A stretch of DNA of 63,342 bases, filler included, from Myxococcota bacterium (GTDB taxonomy: Bacteria > Myxococcota > Myxococcia > Myxococcales > Myxococcaceae): NCBI GenBank assembly GCA_049322255.1. It is 3 parts of 3 records of this genome, joined end to end, with 100 filler letters (N's around TTAATTAATTAA, not from the genome) between each part and the next. Parts side by side here need not be neighbours in the genome. Positions count along the whole stretch, not along the records: positions 49,405 to 63,342 come from JBMORE010000109.1; 2 more parts are not named here. The stretch is one strand, 5' to 3'. Each line of letters starts with the position of its first letter. The stretch's first letter is position 1. A program made the translations under genes and the position numbers. This document shows positions 50,223-59,090 of the stretch, piece by piece. The notes under the pieces are model-generated. The model worked only from the letters and a program-made list of their open reading frames with translations. It did no database searches and had not been told where the DNA came from.

Positions 50223-50438
50223 CTTTCACCTAGCTACAAAGCATCTACATAAAGATCCCCGGCTACCCTACCACCCAGGTCGGGCGGTTTGAGGGCGGCC
50301 CTCCAGCGGGACAGGGAGGAGCAGCCCCGACCAGCCAGACCCGCGCCCGTCACCCTCTCTCGGAGGTCGCTGAGCTCGGCATAGCCTTCCTTCTCGCCTC
50401 AGGCTGACCCGACCGCCTTCGCGGCGTATACATGCCAC

Positions 50439-51134
50439 GTGCGTCCGACCATTCTTCTCTTTGACATCGACGGCACTCTGGTGACCACCGGAGGGGTGGG
50501 CCGCCGTGCCTTGGAGAAGACCTTCGAGCGGGTGTACAGCCGAGCTGACGCGTTTGCCGGAGTCCACTTCGATGGCATGACCGATCGAGCCATCATCCGG
50601 GCAGGCCTCGCCGCCCTACCCTTCGGGAGCCAGCCCGATAATGAGACGATCGACTCCCTGCTCAAGCTCTACCTTTGCGTGCTCGCCGAGGAGGTTGCCG
50701 CGGCGGATACCGCTCGCTACCGGGTCCACACGGGCATGCGCGAGGCGGTGCTTTCGGCGCGCGTCCGAGGGATGGCGGTAGGCCTGGGCACCGGCAACGT
50801 GCGCGAGGGTGCCCGGCTCAAGCTTTCGCGGGTCGGGCTGTATGAGCAGTTCGGCTTCGGCGGCTTCGGTTGTGACCATGAAGACCGCGCCGAGCTGCTT
50901 CGCATCGGGGCCGCCCGTGGTGCAGCATCGTTGGGCCGGCCGCTCACCTCATGCCGGGTGGTGGTGATCGGCGACACCCCCAAAGACGTCGCTGCCGCGA
51001 AAGGTATCGGCGCCGAGTGCGTAGGGGTGGGCACCGGCTCGTTCTCCCCGGAGAATCTCGTCGCCGCCGGAGCAACGTGGGCGTTTCCCACCTTGGCGTC
51101 CCCCGGCGCCCTCGAAGCGCTCTTTTCCGGCTGA
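50439..51134 (+). CDS. HAD family hydrolase
   Basis: Motifs LFDIDGTL, LGTGN and VIGDTPKD. Confidence 0.92.
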   Translation: MRPTILLFDIDGTLVTTGGVGRRALEKTFERVYSRADAFAGVHFDGMTDRAIIRAGLAALPFGSQPDNETIDSLLKLYLCVLAEEVAAADTARYRVHTGMREAVLSARVRGMAVGLGTGNVREGARLKLSRVGLYEQFGFGGFGCDHEDRAELLRIGAARGAASLGRPLTSCRVVVIGDTPKDVAAAKGIGAECVGVGTGSFSPENLVAAGATWAFPTLASPGALEALFSG

Positions 51135-51137
51135 CCG

Positions 51138-53684
51138 ATGGTCCACCTGCCCATCGACCCTCTCCTGCCGGAGATTGTTTCGACGCTGAAACGCTCCGAC
51201 GCCCTGGTGCTGCAAGCGGCGCCGGGAGCGGGCAAGACCACGCGCGTACCCCGGGCGCTCTTGGAAGCGGGCGTGGCCGAGGGCAAGGAAATCGTCGTCT
51301 TGCAGCCGCGGCGCCTGGCCACCCGGTTGGCAGCCGCGTGGGTGGCCGAAGAGCTCTCCGAGCGGCTCGGGGAGACGGTGGGCTACCAGGTGCGCTTCGA
51401 GGACTTGAGCGGCCCCAAGACGCGCCTGCGCTTCGTCACCGAAGGAGTGCTCACCCGGCGGCTTCTTTCCGACCCACGCCTCGCCGACGTCGGAGTGGTG
51501 GTGCTCGACGAGTTCCACGAGCGCCACCTCGCCGGCGACCTCGCGCTGGCGATGCTCTCTTCTTTGCGCGCCAGCTCCCGACCGGACTTGAAGCTCGTAG
51601 TGATGTCCGCCACGCTCGACGCCGCTCCCCTCGCCGCCTACCTCGGCGGCTGCCCGGTCTTGCGCTCGGAAGGCCGACGCTTCGACGTCGCTCTCGAGCA
51701 CCTGGCTGGTCCCGACGAGCGGCCCCTGGAGCAACAAGTCCTGGCTGCGCTCAAACGGCTGGTGTCCTCCGGAGCCGACGGCGACGTCTTGGTCTTCCTC
51801 CCGGGGGCGCAGGAGATTCGCCGGGCGAAGGAGGCGTGCCAGGACTTCGCCGGGCGTCAGGGTTTCGAGGTGCATGCGCTCCACGGAGACCTCCCCAACG
51901 CCGAGCAAGACCGCGCGGTGCGGCCGGGGAAGAAGCGCAAGGTCATCCTCTCCACCAACGTCGCCGAGACATCGGTGACCATCGAAGGGGTGGCGGCGGT
52001 GATCGACAGCGGCCTTTCCCGGGTGGCCTCGCACTCGCCCTGGTCGGGCCTGCCGATGCTCAAGGTGGCCAAGGTGAGCCGAGCCTCTGCCACCCAGCGG
52101 GCGGGCCGTGCCGGCCGTACCCGCGAGGGCCGCTGCCTGCGCCTGTACACCAAGGCCGACTTCGACCAGCGTCCCGAGCACGAGGCGCCGGAGATTCGCC
52201 GGCTCGACCTCACCGAGTCTCTACTCGCCCTGCGCGCCAGCGGAGTGGAGGACCTCGCCCGCTTCCCCTTCTTCGAGGCGCCGCCGGCTTCCGCGCTCGA
52301 AGCTGCCGATGCGCTCCTGCGCCGATTGGGCGCGGTGGACCTCGAGGGGCACATCACGGCGATCGGCAAGAAGCTCTTGCGCTTCCCCGTCCATCCCCGG
52401 CAAGCACGGCTCATCGTCGAAGCGGAGAACCGAGGTGTCGCGGCGGAGGGCGTGACGGTGGCGGCAATGCTTGGCGAGCGGGACATTCGCGAGGAGGCGC
52501 GCGCGCGCTTCGGTGACACGGGGCCGAACCGGCACTCCTTGAGCGGACCTTCGGACCTTTGGGAGATGCTCGAGCGCTTCGAGCAGGCGCGCGCGGCTGA
52601 CTTTTCTTCCTCGCGCGTACGGGCGCTGGGGCTGGAGACGGGCGCGGTGCAGGCGGTGGAGCGGGTACGCCGCCAGCTTTCTCGCACCGTGGACCGCTCG
52701 ACTCCTCGCCCTTCGACGGCGGCGAAGCTGGAGGAGGCGGTGATGCTGTCTGTGCTCGGCGGCTACCCCGATCGCGTGGCACGGCGGCGAAAAGAGAAGT
52801 CGAGCGAGCTGATTCTCTTCGGCGGCGGCAGCGCCTCCCTCTCCGAAACGAGCGTGGTACGCGAACCGGGGCTTTTGGTGGCGGTCGACGCCGAGGAACG
52901 CCCACGTGGAGTGGTGGTGCGAATCGCGAGCGAGGTTCAGCCCGAGTGGTTGCTCGAGCTCTTCCCCAAAGAGATTTCGGAGCTCGATGAATTGCAGTGG
53001 AACGACAAGACCGAGCGTGTCGAGCGGGTGACCCGGCTGTCCTACGGTAACTTGGTGCTGGAGGAGTCGCGTCAGATGGCGCCTCCTTCCGAAGCCACCT
53101 CGAAGCTGCTCGCTGCCGCCGCGCTGGCCGCCGGAGCCGAGCGCTTCGCCGACGTCGAGGTGCTCGAGACCTGGCTCATCCGCGTCGAGCTGTTGGCGCA
53201 GGCCTTTCCCGAGGCGAGCTTTCCCACCGCCCGCGATTCACTCCTGGGTGCCGCCCTCGAGGAGCTGTGTGCCGGCGCGCGTAGCTTCGAGGAGCTCAAA
53301 GGAGCCTCGCTCCTTCACGCGTTGCAAGCGAGCCTGTCGCCGAAGCAGGCGCAGCTGCTCGCCGCCCACACCCCCGAGCGCGTCACCTTGGGGGGCGGCC
53401 GGCAGGTGAAGGTGCACTACGAGCGCGGCAAACCGCCGTGGATCGAGTCGCGGTTGCAAGACTTCTTCGGCTTGGCCAAGGGCCCGAGCGTGGGCGGGGG
53501 GCGCGTCGCGCTGGTGCTGCACCTGCTCGCCCCCAACATGCGCGCGGTGCAAGTGACCACCGACCTCGCCGGCTTCTGGGAGCGGCACTACCCCACGATC
53601 CGCAAAGAGCTGATGCGCAAGTACCCCCGGCACGCCTGGCCGGAAGACCCGCGGACGGCGTCGCCCCCCGTTCCGCGCAGATGA
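51138..53684 (+). CDS. hrpB: ATP-dependent helicase HrpB
   Basis: Motifs GAGKTTR, DEFHER, MSAT and QRAGRAGR; C-terminal RKYPRHAWPEDP. Confidence 0.96.
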   Translation: MVHLPIDPLLPEIVSTLKRSDALVLQAAPGAGKTTRVPRALLEAGVAEGKEIVVLQPRRLATRLAAAWVAEELSERLGETVGYQVRFEDLSGPKTRLRFVTEGVLTRRLLSDPRLADVGVVVLDEFHERHLAGDLALAMLSSLRASSRPDLKLVVMSATLDAAPLAAYLGGCPVLRSEGRRFDVALEHLAGPDERPLEQQVLAALKRLVSSGADGDVLVFLPGAQEIRRAKEACQDFAGRQGFEVHALHGDLPNAEQDRAVRPGKKRKVILSTNVAETSVTIEGVAAVIDSGLSRVASHSPWSGLPMLKVAKVSRASATQRAGRAGRTREGRCLRLYTKADFDQRPEHEAPEIRRLDLTESLLALRASGVEDLARFPFFEAPPASALEAADALLRRLGAVDLEGHITAIGKKLLRFPVHPRQARLIVEAENRGVAAEGVTVAAMLGERDIREEARARFGDTGPNRHSLSGPSDLWEMLERFEQARAADFSSSRVRALGLETGAVQAVERVRRQLSRTVDRSTPRPSTAAKLEEAVMLSVLGGYPDRVARRRKEKSSELILFGGGSASLSETSVVREPGLLVAVDAEERPRGVVVRIASEVQPEWLLELFPKEISELDELQWNDKTERVERVTRLSYGNLVLEESRQMAPPSEATSKLLAAAALAAGAERFADVEVLETWLIRVELLAQAFPEASFPTARDSLLGAALEELCAGARSFEELKGASLLHALQASLSPKQAQLLAAHTPERVTLGGGRQVKVHYERGKPPWIESRLQDFFGLAKGPSVGGGRVALVLHLLAPNMRAVQVTTDLAGFWERHYPTIRKELMRKYPRHAWPEDPRTASPPVPRR

Positions 53685-53712
53685 CCGCGCCCCTGACACC
53701 GGCCAACTCGAC

Positions 53713-53741
53713 TTGACCCATCATGGTCATGTGAGTACCTT
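53713..53741 (+). promoter_or_regulatory. Sigma70-type promoter with TA operator palindrome
   Basis: TTGACC (53713) - 17 nt - TACCTT (53736); inverted repeat TGACC-N6-GGTCA; ATGGTCAT and ATGGCCAT boxes. Confidence 0.65.
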
Positions 53742-53748
53742 CATGGCC

Positions 53749-54018
53749 ATGATTGAAACCAACACCTCTCAGCTCAAGGCCAAGCTCGGGCAGTTCATGC
53801 GTGCCGTGCGAGCAGGCAAGCAGGTGGTGATCAAGGATCGCGACCGGCCAGTGGCGCGGCTGGTTCCCTACAAAGCGGAAGGAAAAAAGGCCGAGGCACT
53901 CATCACCAAGCCGAAGAACCCCGGCGCCCCCTCCTTGAGTGCGGTCAAGGTGAGGCCCATTTCCTATCGAGGTCCAAGTAGCACCGAGTTGCTCCGGAGC
54001 GATCGAGAGAAGCGGTGA
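53749..54018 (+). CDS. Phd/YefM family antitoxin
   Basis: TSQLKAKLGQFMRAVRAGKQVVIKDRDRPVARLVP. Alternative ATG at 53743. Confidence 0.88.
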   Translation: MIETNTSQLKAKLGQFMRAVRAGKQVVIKDRDRPVARLVPYKAEGKKAEALITKPKNPGAPSLSAVKVRPISYRGPSSTELLRSDREKR

Positions 54019-54431
54019 TTGCTCTGGTTGACTCGAGCGTGATTGCACGGCTTTTGCTCGGCGAGCCGAATCCGCTGCAGGAGTGGGAGCACATCACTCG
54101 AGCCTATGCCTCCCGGTTGGTGCTCTTGGAACTCGGCAGGCTCATCGATCGGCTCCGGCTGAGTTCCAGCATCGACGATACGCAGGTCGTCCAGCTCCAC
54201 CAGGAACTCAAGCGGGTCATCGATTCGATCGACCTGTTGGCCATGACCGAGCAGGTCCTACAGCTGGCGGGGGGCCCGATGCCAACACAGTTGGGAAGCC
54301 TCGACGCGATCCACCTGGCGTCGGCGATCGAGTTGCAACGTCACCTGGCGACTCCGGTGGGAATCGCCACCCATGACCTACAGCTGGCAAGAGCTTCACG
54401 CGCGATGGGAATGGAAGTCTGGGGAGTGTAG
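54015..54431 (+). CDS. vapC: PIN-domain (VapC-like) toxin
   Basis: Motifs ALVDSSV, SLDAIHLASA and THD.QL; GTGA overlap. Confidence 0.88.
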   Translation: MIALVDSSVIARLLLGEPNPLQEWEHITRAYASRLVLLELGRLIDRLRLSSSIDDTQVVQLHQELKRVIDSIDLLAMTEQVLQLAGGPMPTQLGSLDAIHLASAIELQRHLATPVGIATHDLQLARASRAMGMEVWGV

Positions 54432-54437
54432 GTCGCG

Positions 54438-55625
54438 TCAGGGCGTCCGGTGCTTCTGGATGTTGCGCACGCGCTCCAGCGCCGTGGGCTCGGCGAGCCG
54501 GGTGCGCGCCAGCACGTGCAACCGGTTTCCCCGCCACGTCACCCAGCGCATCGTCGCTCCCCGCACCCAGGTGAGGAAGAAGAGCACGTCGCGCAAGGGC
54601 ACCAGGAGCAGGTGGCGCCAGGAAAAGCCGTACCCACGGGCGATGACCGCCACCGTCTGCGCGTAGACGATGGAGAAGAATGCCATCCCCGCGGCGAAGG
54701 CCCACGCTCCCGGGTGCCTCCAGGCGACCAGGGCGCCGGCGAGCGCGAGCACCGAGGAGTTCATGATCGGCTCGAGCAGCACCCCGGGGATGAGCACCCG
54801 AAAGCGAATCATCGCCCAGCGCGTGTGCCGGCCCCAGAAGTGCGAGAGCGGCTGGTTGATTTGCACGTTCTGCACCGGCGTGGGGCACAACGCGGTGCGC
54901 AGCCCCATGCGGCGCAAGGCGACGCCCAGCTGCTGGTCCTCGGCGAGCAGGTCTTTCACTTCGTGCCAGCCGCCGACCTGGGCGAGCACCTCGCGCCTAA
55001 GCCCCAGCGACTTGCCCACGATCTGATCGAGACGCATCGCCACCGAGCCAGCGGCGATGCTGGTCGCGCAGTACGAGGCGAGGGTGAGGTTGTCGAGCAC
55101 CGCCCCCAGCTTCTTCTCCCCCACCCCGATGAATACGTGCGAGGACAGCCCCAGCCGAGGGTCGGCGAGCACCCGCGCGTGCTCCTTCAAGTACTCGGGG
55201 TGCACCCGCACGTTGGAGTCGGTGAGCGCGATGAGCTCGTGCTTGGCCGCACGGGTGAGGGTGATGAGCTGGTTCACCTTCGGGTTGTGGCCGGGCTCGC
55301 CTTGCTGCACGCAGAGGCGGACCTTGTCCGGGTGGGCGGCGGCGAAGTCGCGCGCGAGGGGGTAGGCGGCGTCCTTCTCGCTTCGCACTCCCAGGAGCAC
55401 CTCGTACTCGCCCGGGTAGTCGAGGGCGAGGTGGCTTTCGAGGTTTTCCTTCAGCTCGTCGTCCAGCCCGCACAGCGGCTTCAAGATGGAGAAGCTCGGC
55501 CAGCGGGGCGGGTCGGGCAGCCGGCGATGACGCAAGATGAACAGGCAGGCGAGCTCGACGAGCATGGTGAGCGCGCCGAAGGTCGCCAGGCCGAAAAGAA
55601 GCGCGGATGCGAGCGGAAGCGTCAT
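54438..55625 (-). CDS. GT2/GT21 glycosyltransferase (ceramide glucosyltransferase / HpnI-like)
   Basis: N-terminal TM; motifs SILKPLCG, NPKV.QL, DS.V, LAED and RHTRW; C-terminal TMs and WRG. Confidence 0.88.
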   Translation of the reverse strand: MTLPLASALLFGLATFGALTMLVELACLFILRHRRLPDPPRWPSFSILKPLCGLDDELKENLESHLALDYPGEYEVLLGVRSEKDAAYPLARDFAAAHPDKVRLCVQQGEPGHNPKVNQLITLTRAAKHELIALTDSNVRVHPEYLKEHARVLADPRLGLSSHVFIGVGEKKLGAVLDNLTLASYCATSIAAGSVAMRLDQIVGKSLGLRREVLAQVGGWHEVKDLLAEDQQLGVALRRMGLRTALCPTPVQNVQINQPLSHFWGRHTRWAMIRFRVLIPGVLLEPIMNSSVLALAGALVAWRHPGAWAFAAGMAFFSIVYAQTVAVIARGYGFSWRHLLLVPLRDVLFFLTWVRGATMRWVTWRGNRLHVLARTRLAEPTALERVRNIQKHRTP

Positions 55626-55652
55626 GCCTGAACCAGGAAGTGTCCGGTCAGG

Positions 55653-56318
55653 TTAATGCGAAGGGCAGGAAATGCCCGCCTCGCGGCTGATGCCGTCCAG
55701 GAAACCCCACAGCGCGTCGGTGGCCTGGCGGGTCGCCCGCTCCGCAGCCGGAGCGTGGGCGTGGCGGTCGATGAGCTCGCCCACCTTGCGCGCGTGCTCG
55801 ACGTCGTAGCGCTGGTGGACCTTGAAGAAGGCGAGCGAGCGCTCATCGGTGATGCCGTAGAAGCGCTGCAGGCCCTCGATCTTCGACTGGGACACCGCGG
55901 GCACCTGCGACTCGTAGGCGAAGAGCGCGCACAACCCGTCGGTCCACTCGCTCTGGGCCAGCTGAAAGAAGGTGTCGACCATCGCCTTCGTCTCCGGCAG
56001 CGGCGCCTGCTCCTTCACCTCGGCGCGGCTGGCGCCCAGCCCTTCGGCGAACTGCATCCACAGCTCGGGGTGGTCGGTGCCGTGAATCTCCTCGTCGGCC
56101 AAGTTCTCCGTCAGCACCTTGCGGGCGTCGAGCTCTTCACAGCGGCTGTGCACCGCGGAGACGAAGCGGGGGAAGGTCGAGACCTGCGCCCAGTATTGGC
56201 CGGCATAGCGGCGCAATACCTGGCGGTCGAGCTTGCCTTCCGTCCACGCCTGGTAAAACGGGTGATTGAGCAGATGTCGCTCGGAGATGATGTGTAGCAA
56301 TCGGTCGGACAGCTTCAT
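55653..56318 (-). CDS. CADD/PqqC-like heme-oxygenase-fold dimetal oxidase
   Basis: Motifs HLLNHPFYQAW, ENLADEE, HPELW, YESQ.P, SKIEGL and FFKVH...DVEH. Confidence 0.9.
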   Translation of the reverse strand: MKLSDRLLHIISERHLLNHPFYQAWTEGKLDRQVLRRYAGQYWAQVSTFPRFVSAVHSRCEELDARKVLTENLADEEIHGTDHPELWMQFAEGLGASRAEVKEQAPLPETKAMVDTFFQLAQSEWTDGLCALFAYESQVPAVSQSKIEGLQRFYGITDERSLAFFKVHQRYDVEHARKVGELIDRHAHAPAAERATRQATDALWGFLDGISREAGISCPSH

Positions 56319-56330
56319 CGGTACCCTCCC

Positions 56331-56795
56331 TTAGAGCTTCTTCTTCATCTCGAGGTGGGGCATTCCCGCCTCTTCGAACACCGCGCCATGCGCCGCGTAG
56401 CCGTGACGCTTGTAGAAGTCCATCGCCGAGAGCTGCGCGTGGAGGATGACGCCGGTGACTCCGCGCCGCTTGGCCTCCTCCTCCAGCGCCTGAAGGAGCA
56501 AGGTACCCACCCCGCTCTTGCGGCTGGTCTGGAGCACCGCCATGCGACCGACCTGCGCCCACTGCCCTGCCTCGCCGTCGGGCCCCTTGGGCAAAAGCAC
56601 CAGGCGGCCGGTACCGATGGCGTGCCCGCCCTGCATCGCCAGCACGTGGTAGGCCTTGGCGTCTTCGGCATCGCGTTCGATGCCCTCGGGCACGTGTTGC
56701 TCCTCGATGAACACCACCTCGCGAATGGCCAGCGCCTGGAGCAGCTCGCCCTCGCCTTTCACCGGAACGATGGTGATTTCCTTGGGTTCGGCCAT
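56331..56795 (-). CDS. GNAT N-acetyltransferase (YjcF/ElaA-like)
   Basis: Motifs IREVVFIEEQ, GRMAV, R.SGVG, LHAQ..A..FY...GY and FEEAGMPH. Confidence 0.92.
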   Translation of the reverse strand: MAEPKEITIVPVKGEGELLQALAIREVVFIEEQHVPEGIERDAEDAKAYHVLAMQGGHAIGTGRLVLLPKGPDGEAGQWAQVGRMAVLQTSRKSGVGTLLLQALEEEAKRRGVTGVILHAQLSAMDFYKRHGYAAHGAVFEEAGMPHLEMKKKL

Positions 56796-56835
56796 CTTCG
56801 CCTGCGCAAACTACCCTGCTAACCTCTCGATTGCG

Positions 56836-57891
56836 ATGAGGATTTTAGCTGCCAGCGTCGCCCTGGTGCTGTGGACCGCGCCGGCGCTCGCCCAGAAAGA
56901 ACACTTCTTCGGCACCGGCAAGCCGCCGGTCTTCCGCGAGGAGGACACCGACCGCCGCTTCGCCAAGTCGAAGATCGCCCGGGCGCTCAAGGGAGGCGTG
57001 AACGACCCCCACTGTGTTCAGCTCATCGGAGGCCTTCTCACCGCGCTCGCCGAGGTGGCGCCGCTGCTCCATCGGCGCGACGAGAACTTCACCCTCGACC
57101 CGGTGCTCTTGCACGCGGTGAACACCCAGCTCACCTACCCCCGTTTCCCAGGCAACGCCTACTTCGCCCTGATGGTGCGCCGGGTGTTGATCGACAAGGC
57201 GCTGCCCGCCGAGTGGCTGGCCACCGCCGAGGCGCTCAACCCCAAGGTGCAGATCATCGACTTGGGCAAGCTGCGCTTTCTCCACGAGGGCTGGCAGCCC
57301 ATCGACAGCTTCTACTTCACCCTCCCGGCGTTGCGAGAGCGCTACGACCACGAGGTGGTGCGCGCCAACAGCGCGGTGACCAGCGACGTGGTGGCCCAGT
57401 TTCGCGACACCTACCTCGATCGCGACGTCGCCTGGGGAGGCGTCACCCTGGTCGACATCGGCGAGGAGGTGGCTGCGAAGAAGACGAAGGGTAAAAAAGC
57501 GCCGCCGCGCGACGTAAGCGAGCAGAAGCTGGTGGCCATCCTCCAGTGGCAGCCGCCCAGCGCGTCGCAGCACCAGCTGATGGTCTTCGCCGAGAAGAAA
57601 CCTCCTCCGGTGAAAATCATCGCCAAGCTTTCCGCCAAGCAGTTCGTCGACTTGGAGCGCCTTCCCAAAGGCAAGCGGCTCTTGGTGCGCGGCCGGTTCT
57701 GGGAGATGAACCGCAAGGTGAGCGAGGTGGAGCTGCGTGACGCCCTCCTCTTCGAGGACCGCGACTGGTCGCAAGGCGTGCTTCTGGCCGACCCGCAGGC
57801 GGTCGCCGCTTGTCCGATCGCGGTCAACGAGCTGTCGGGCGTCGCCCCGGTTCAGCCGGGCGGCTTCGGCCATCGCTTGGGCGGAGGCTAA
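56836..57891 (+). CDS. Hypothetical secreted protein
   Basis: Signal peptide MRILAASVALVLWTAPALA-Q; strong GC3 bias. Confidence 0.8.
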   Translation: MRILAASVALVLWTAPALAQKEHFFGTGKPPVFREEDTDRRFAKSKIARALKGGVNDPHCVQLIGGLLTALAEVAPLLHRRDENFTLDPVLLHAVNTQLTYPRFPGNAYFALMVRRVLIDKALPAEWLATAEALNPKVQIIDLGKLRFLHEGWQPIDSFYFTLPALRERYDHEVVRANSAVTSDVVAQFRDTYLDRDVAWGGVTLVDIGEEVAAKKTKGKKAPPRDVSEQKLVAILQWQPPSASQHQLMVFAEKKPPPVKIIAKLSAKQFVDLERLPKGKRLLVRGRFWEMNRKVSEVELRDALLFEDRDWSQGVLLADPQAVAACPIAVNELSGVAPVQPGGFGHRLGGG

Positions 57892-57956
57892 AGAAGCCCG
57901 TCTCTTCCCGTGGCCGGCTCCCTTTCGAAGGCCCTCGTCCTTTCAGGCACTTGACC

Positions 57957-57972
57957 TGGCACGCCCTCTGCT
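57957..57972 (+). promoter_or_regulatory. Candidate sigma54 promoter
   Basis: TGGCACG-CCCT-CTGCT, a near-consensus -24/-12 element ending 13 nt before the ATG at 57986. Confidence 0.6.
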
Positions 57973-57985
57973 CGTGCCTTTGGAA

Positions 57986-58651
57986 ATGAAAGTGACGCGG
58001 TTAGCGCGCGGACCCCAGCCCACCCGGACGAGCGCCAAGAAGTTCCGTCTCCCCAAGGAACCGACGTCGGCGAAGCGCCCACCGTTTGCCACCGGTGCAA
58101 AGAAGGCGTCGCGGGGGCACACCCAGACGCGACAGAGCCTGCACGCCGAAGCTTCGCGCCTGGTGGCAAGCCGCGCCGACGGCCACCGAGTCAACGAGGA
58201 GCGCCTGGCCGCTCGCCTTCTCGACCTCATCTGCAAGGAGCTTTTGAGCGAGCGGGGCGGCGAGGGGACGCCTCGTCGAAACCAGTCGGAGAATGGCGAG
58301 CCGTCGGCCCCCGCGCACCGGCTGGAGCACCGTCCGTGGCCCCAGGTGAGCTGTCAACCTCAGACACCGGGCGCACACTCCGTCGACCGCCCGGCACACA
58401 CAGCACGCGCCCAGGCGGCGGCAGCGCTGGTGGAGAAAATCGAGGTGTTTCTCAAGTCCCAGCGCCCCTCGCTCTCCATGACGCTCCACTCCCGGCTCGG
58501 CGCCCTTCTCGAGGTGGAGCGCACCGGGCCACGCGAGGTAGCGATACGAATCAAAGGTCGGCGGGGGTCGCCCTTCCCTGATGATTTGACGCTGCTTCGC
58601 GACGCGCTTGGAGCGCGCGGGCTCAAGCTGGCCGCACTCCGCGTCGGCTAA
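57986..58651 (+). CDS. Hypothetical protein with disordered N-terminus and FliK/SctP-like C-terminal domain
   Basis: Basic, Pro-rich N-terminus; C-terminal helix-strands-helix-strand pattern ending LRDALGARGLKLAALRVG. Confidence 0.55.
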   Translation: MKVTRLARGPQPTRTSAKKFRLPKEPTSAKRPPFATGAKKASRGHTQTRQSLHAEASRLVASRADGHRVNEERLAARLLDLICKELLSERGGEGTPRRNQSENGEPSAPAHRLEHRPWPQVSCQPQTPGAHSVDRPAHTARAQAAAALVEKIEVFLKSQRPSLSMTLHSRLGALLEVERTGPREVAIRIKGRRGSPFPDDLTLLRDALGARGLKLAALRVG

Positions 58652-58666
58652 AAGAGCCTAGAGCGT

Positions 58667-59002
58667 TCAGCTCGGAGGGTTGGGGTCGAGAAGGTTGCGC
58701 TTGCCCTCTTTCTCCTTGAACTCCTCGGCCTCGGGCAGCGCGGACTTCTTCTCGGCGATGTTCGGCCACTTGGTGGCGTACTCGGCGTTGAGCTGCGTGT
58801 ACTCCTTCCACTTCTCCGGCAGATCCGACTCGGGGAAGATCGCCTTGGTCGGACACACCGGCTCGCACGCTCCGCAGTCGATGCACTCGTCCGGGTGAAT
58901 CACCAGGAAGTTGGCGCCTTCGTAGAAGCAGTTGACGGGGCAGACCTCGACGCAGTCGGTGTACTTGCACTTGATGCACGGCTCGGCGACGACATAGGCC
59001 AT
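58667..59002 (-). CDS. fdxA: Ferredoxin FdxA (7Fe/8Fe type)
   Basis: [18 protein letters not shown] and [22 protein letters not shown]. Confidence 0.96.
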   Translation of the reverse strand: MAYVVAEPCIKCKYTDCVEVCPVNCFYEGANFLVIHPDECIDCGACEPVCPTKAIFPESDLPEKWKEYTQLNAEYATKWPNIAEKKSALPEAEEFKEKEGKRNLLDPNPPS

Positions 59003-59090
59003 GGCGAGCTCCTCCTCACGCCCTCAAAGAATGTGAAAGCGGCGTTGACACTAGTTCATCGAGCGGCCGCGCGACCAATATTTTTCCGTC

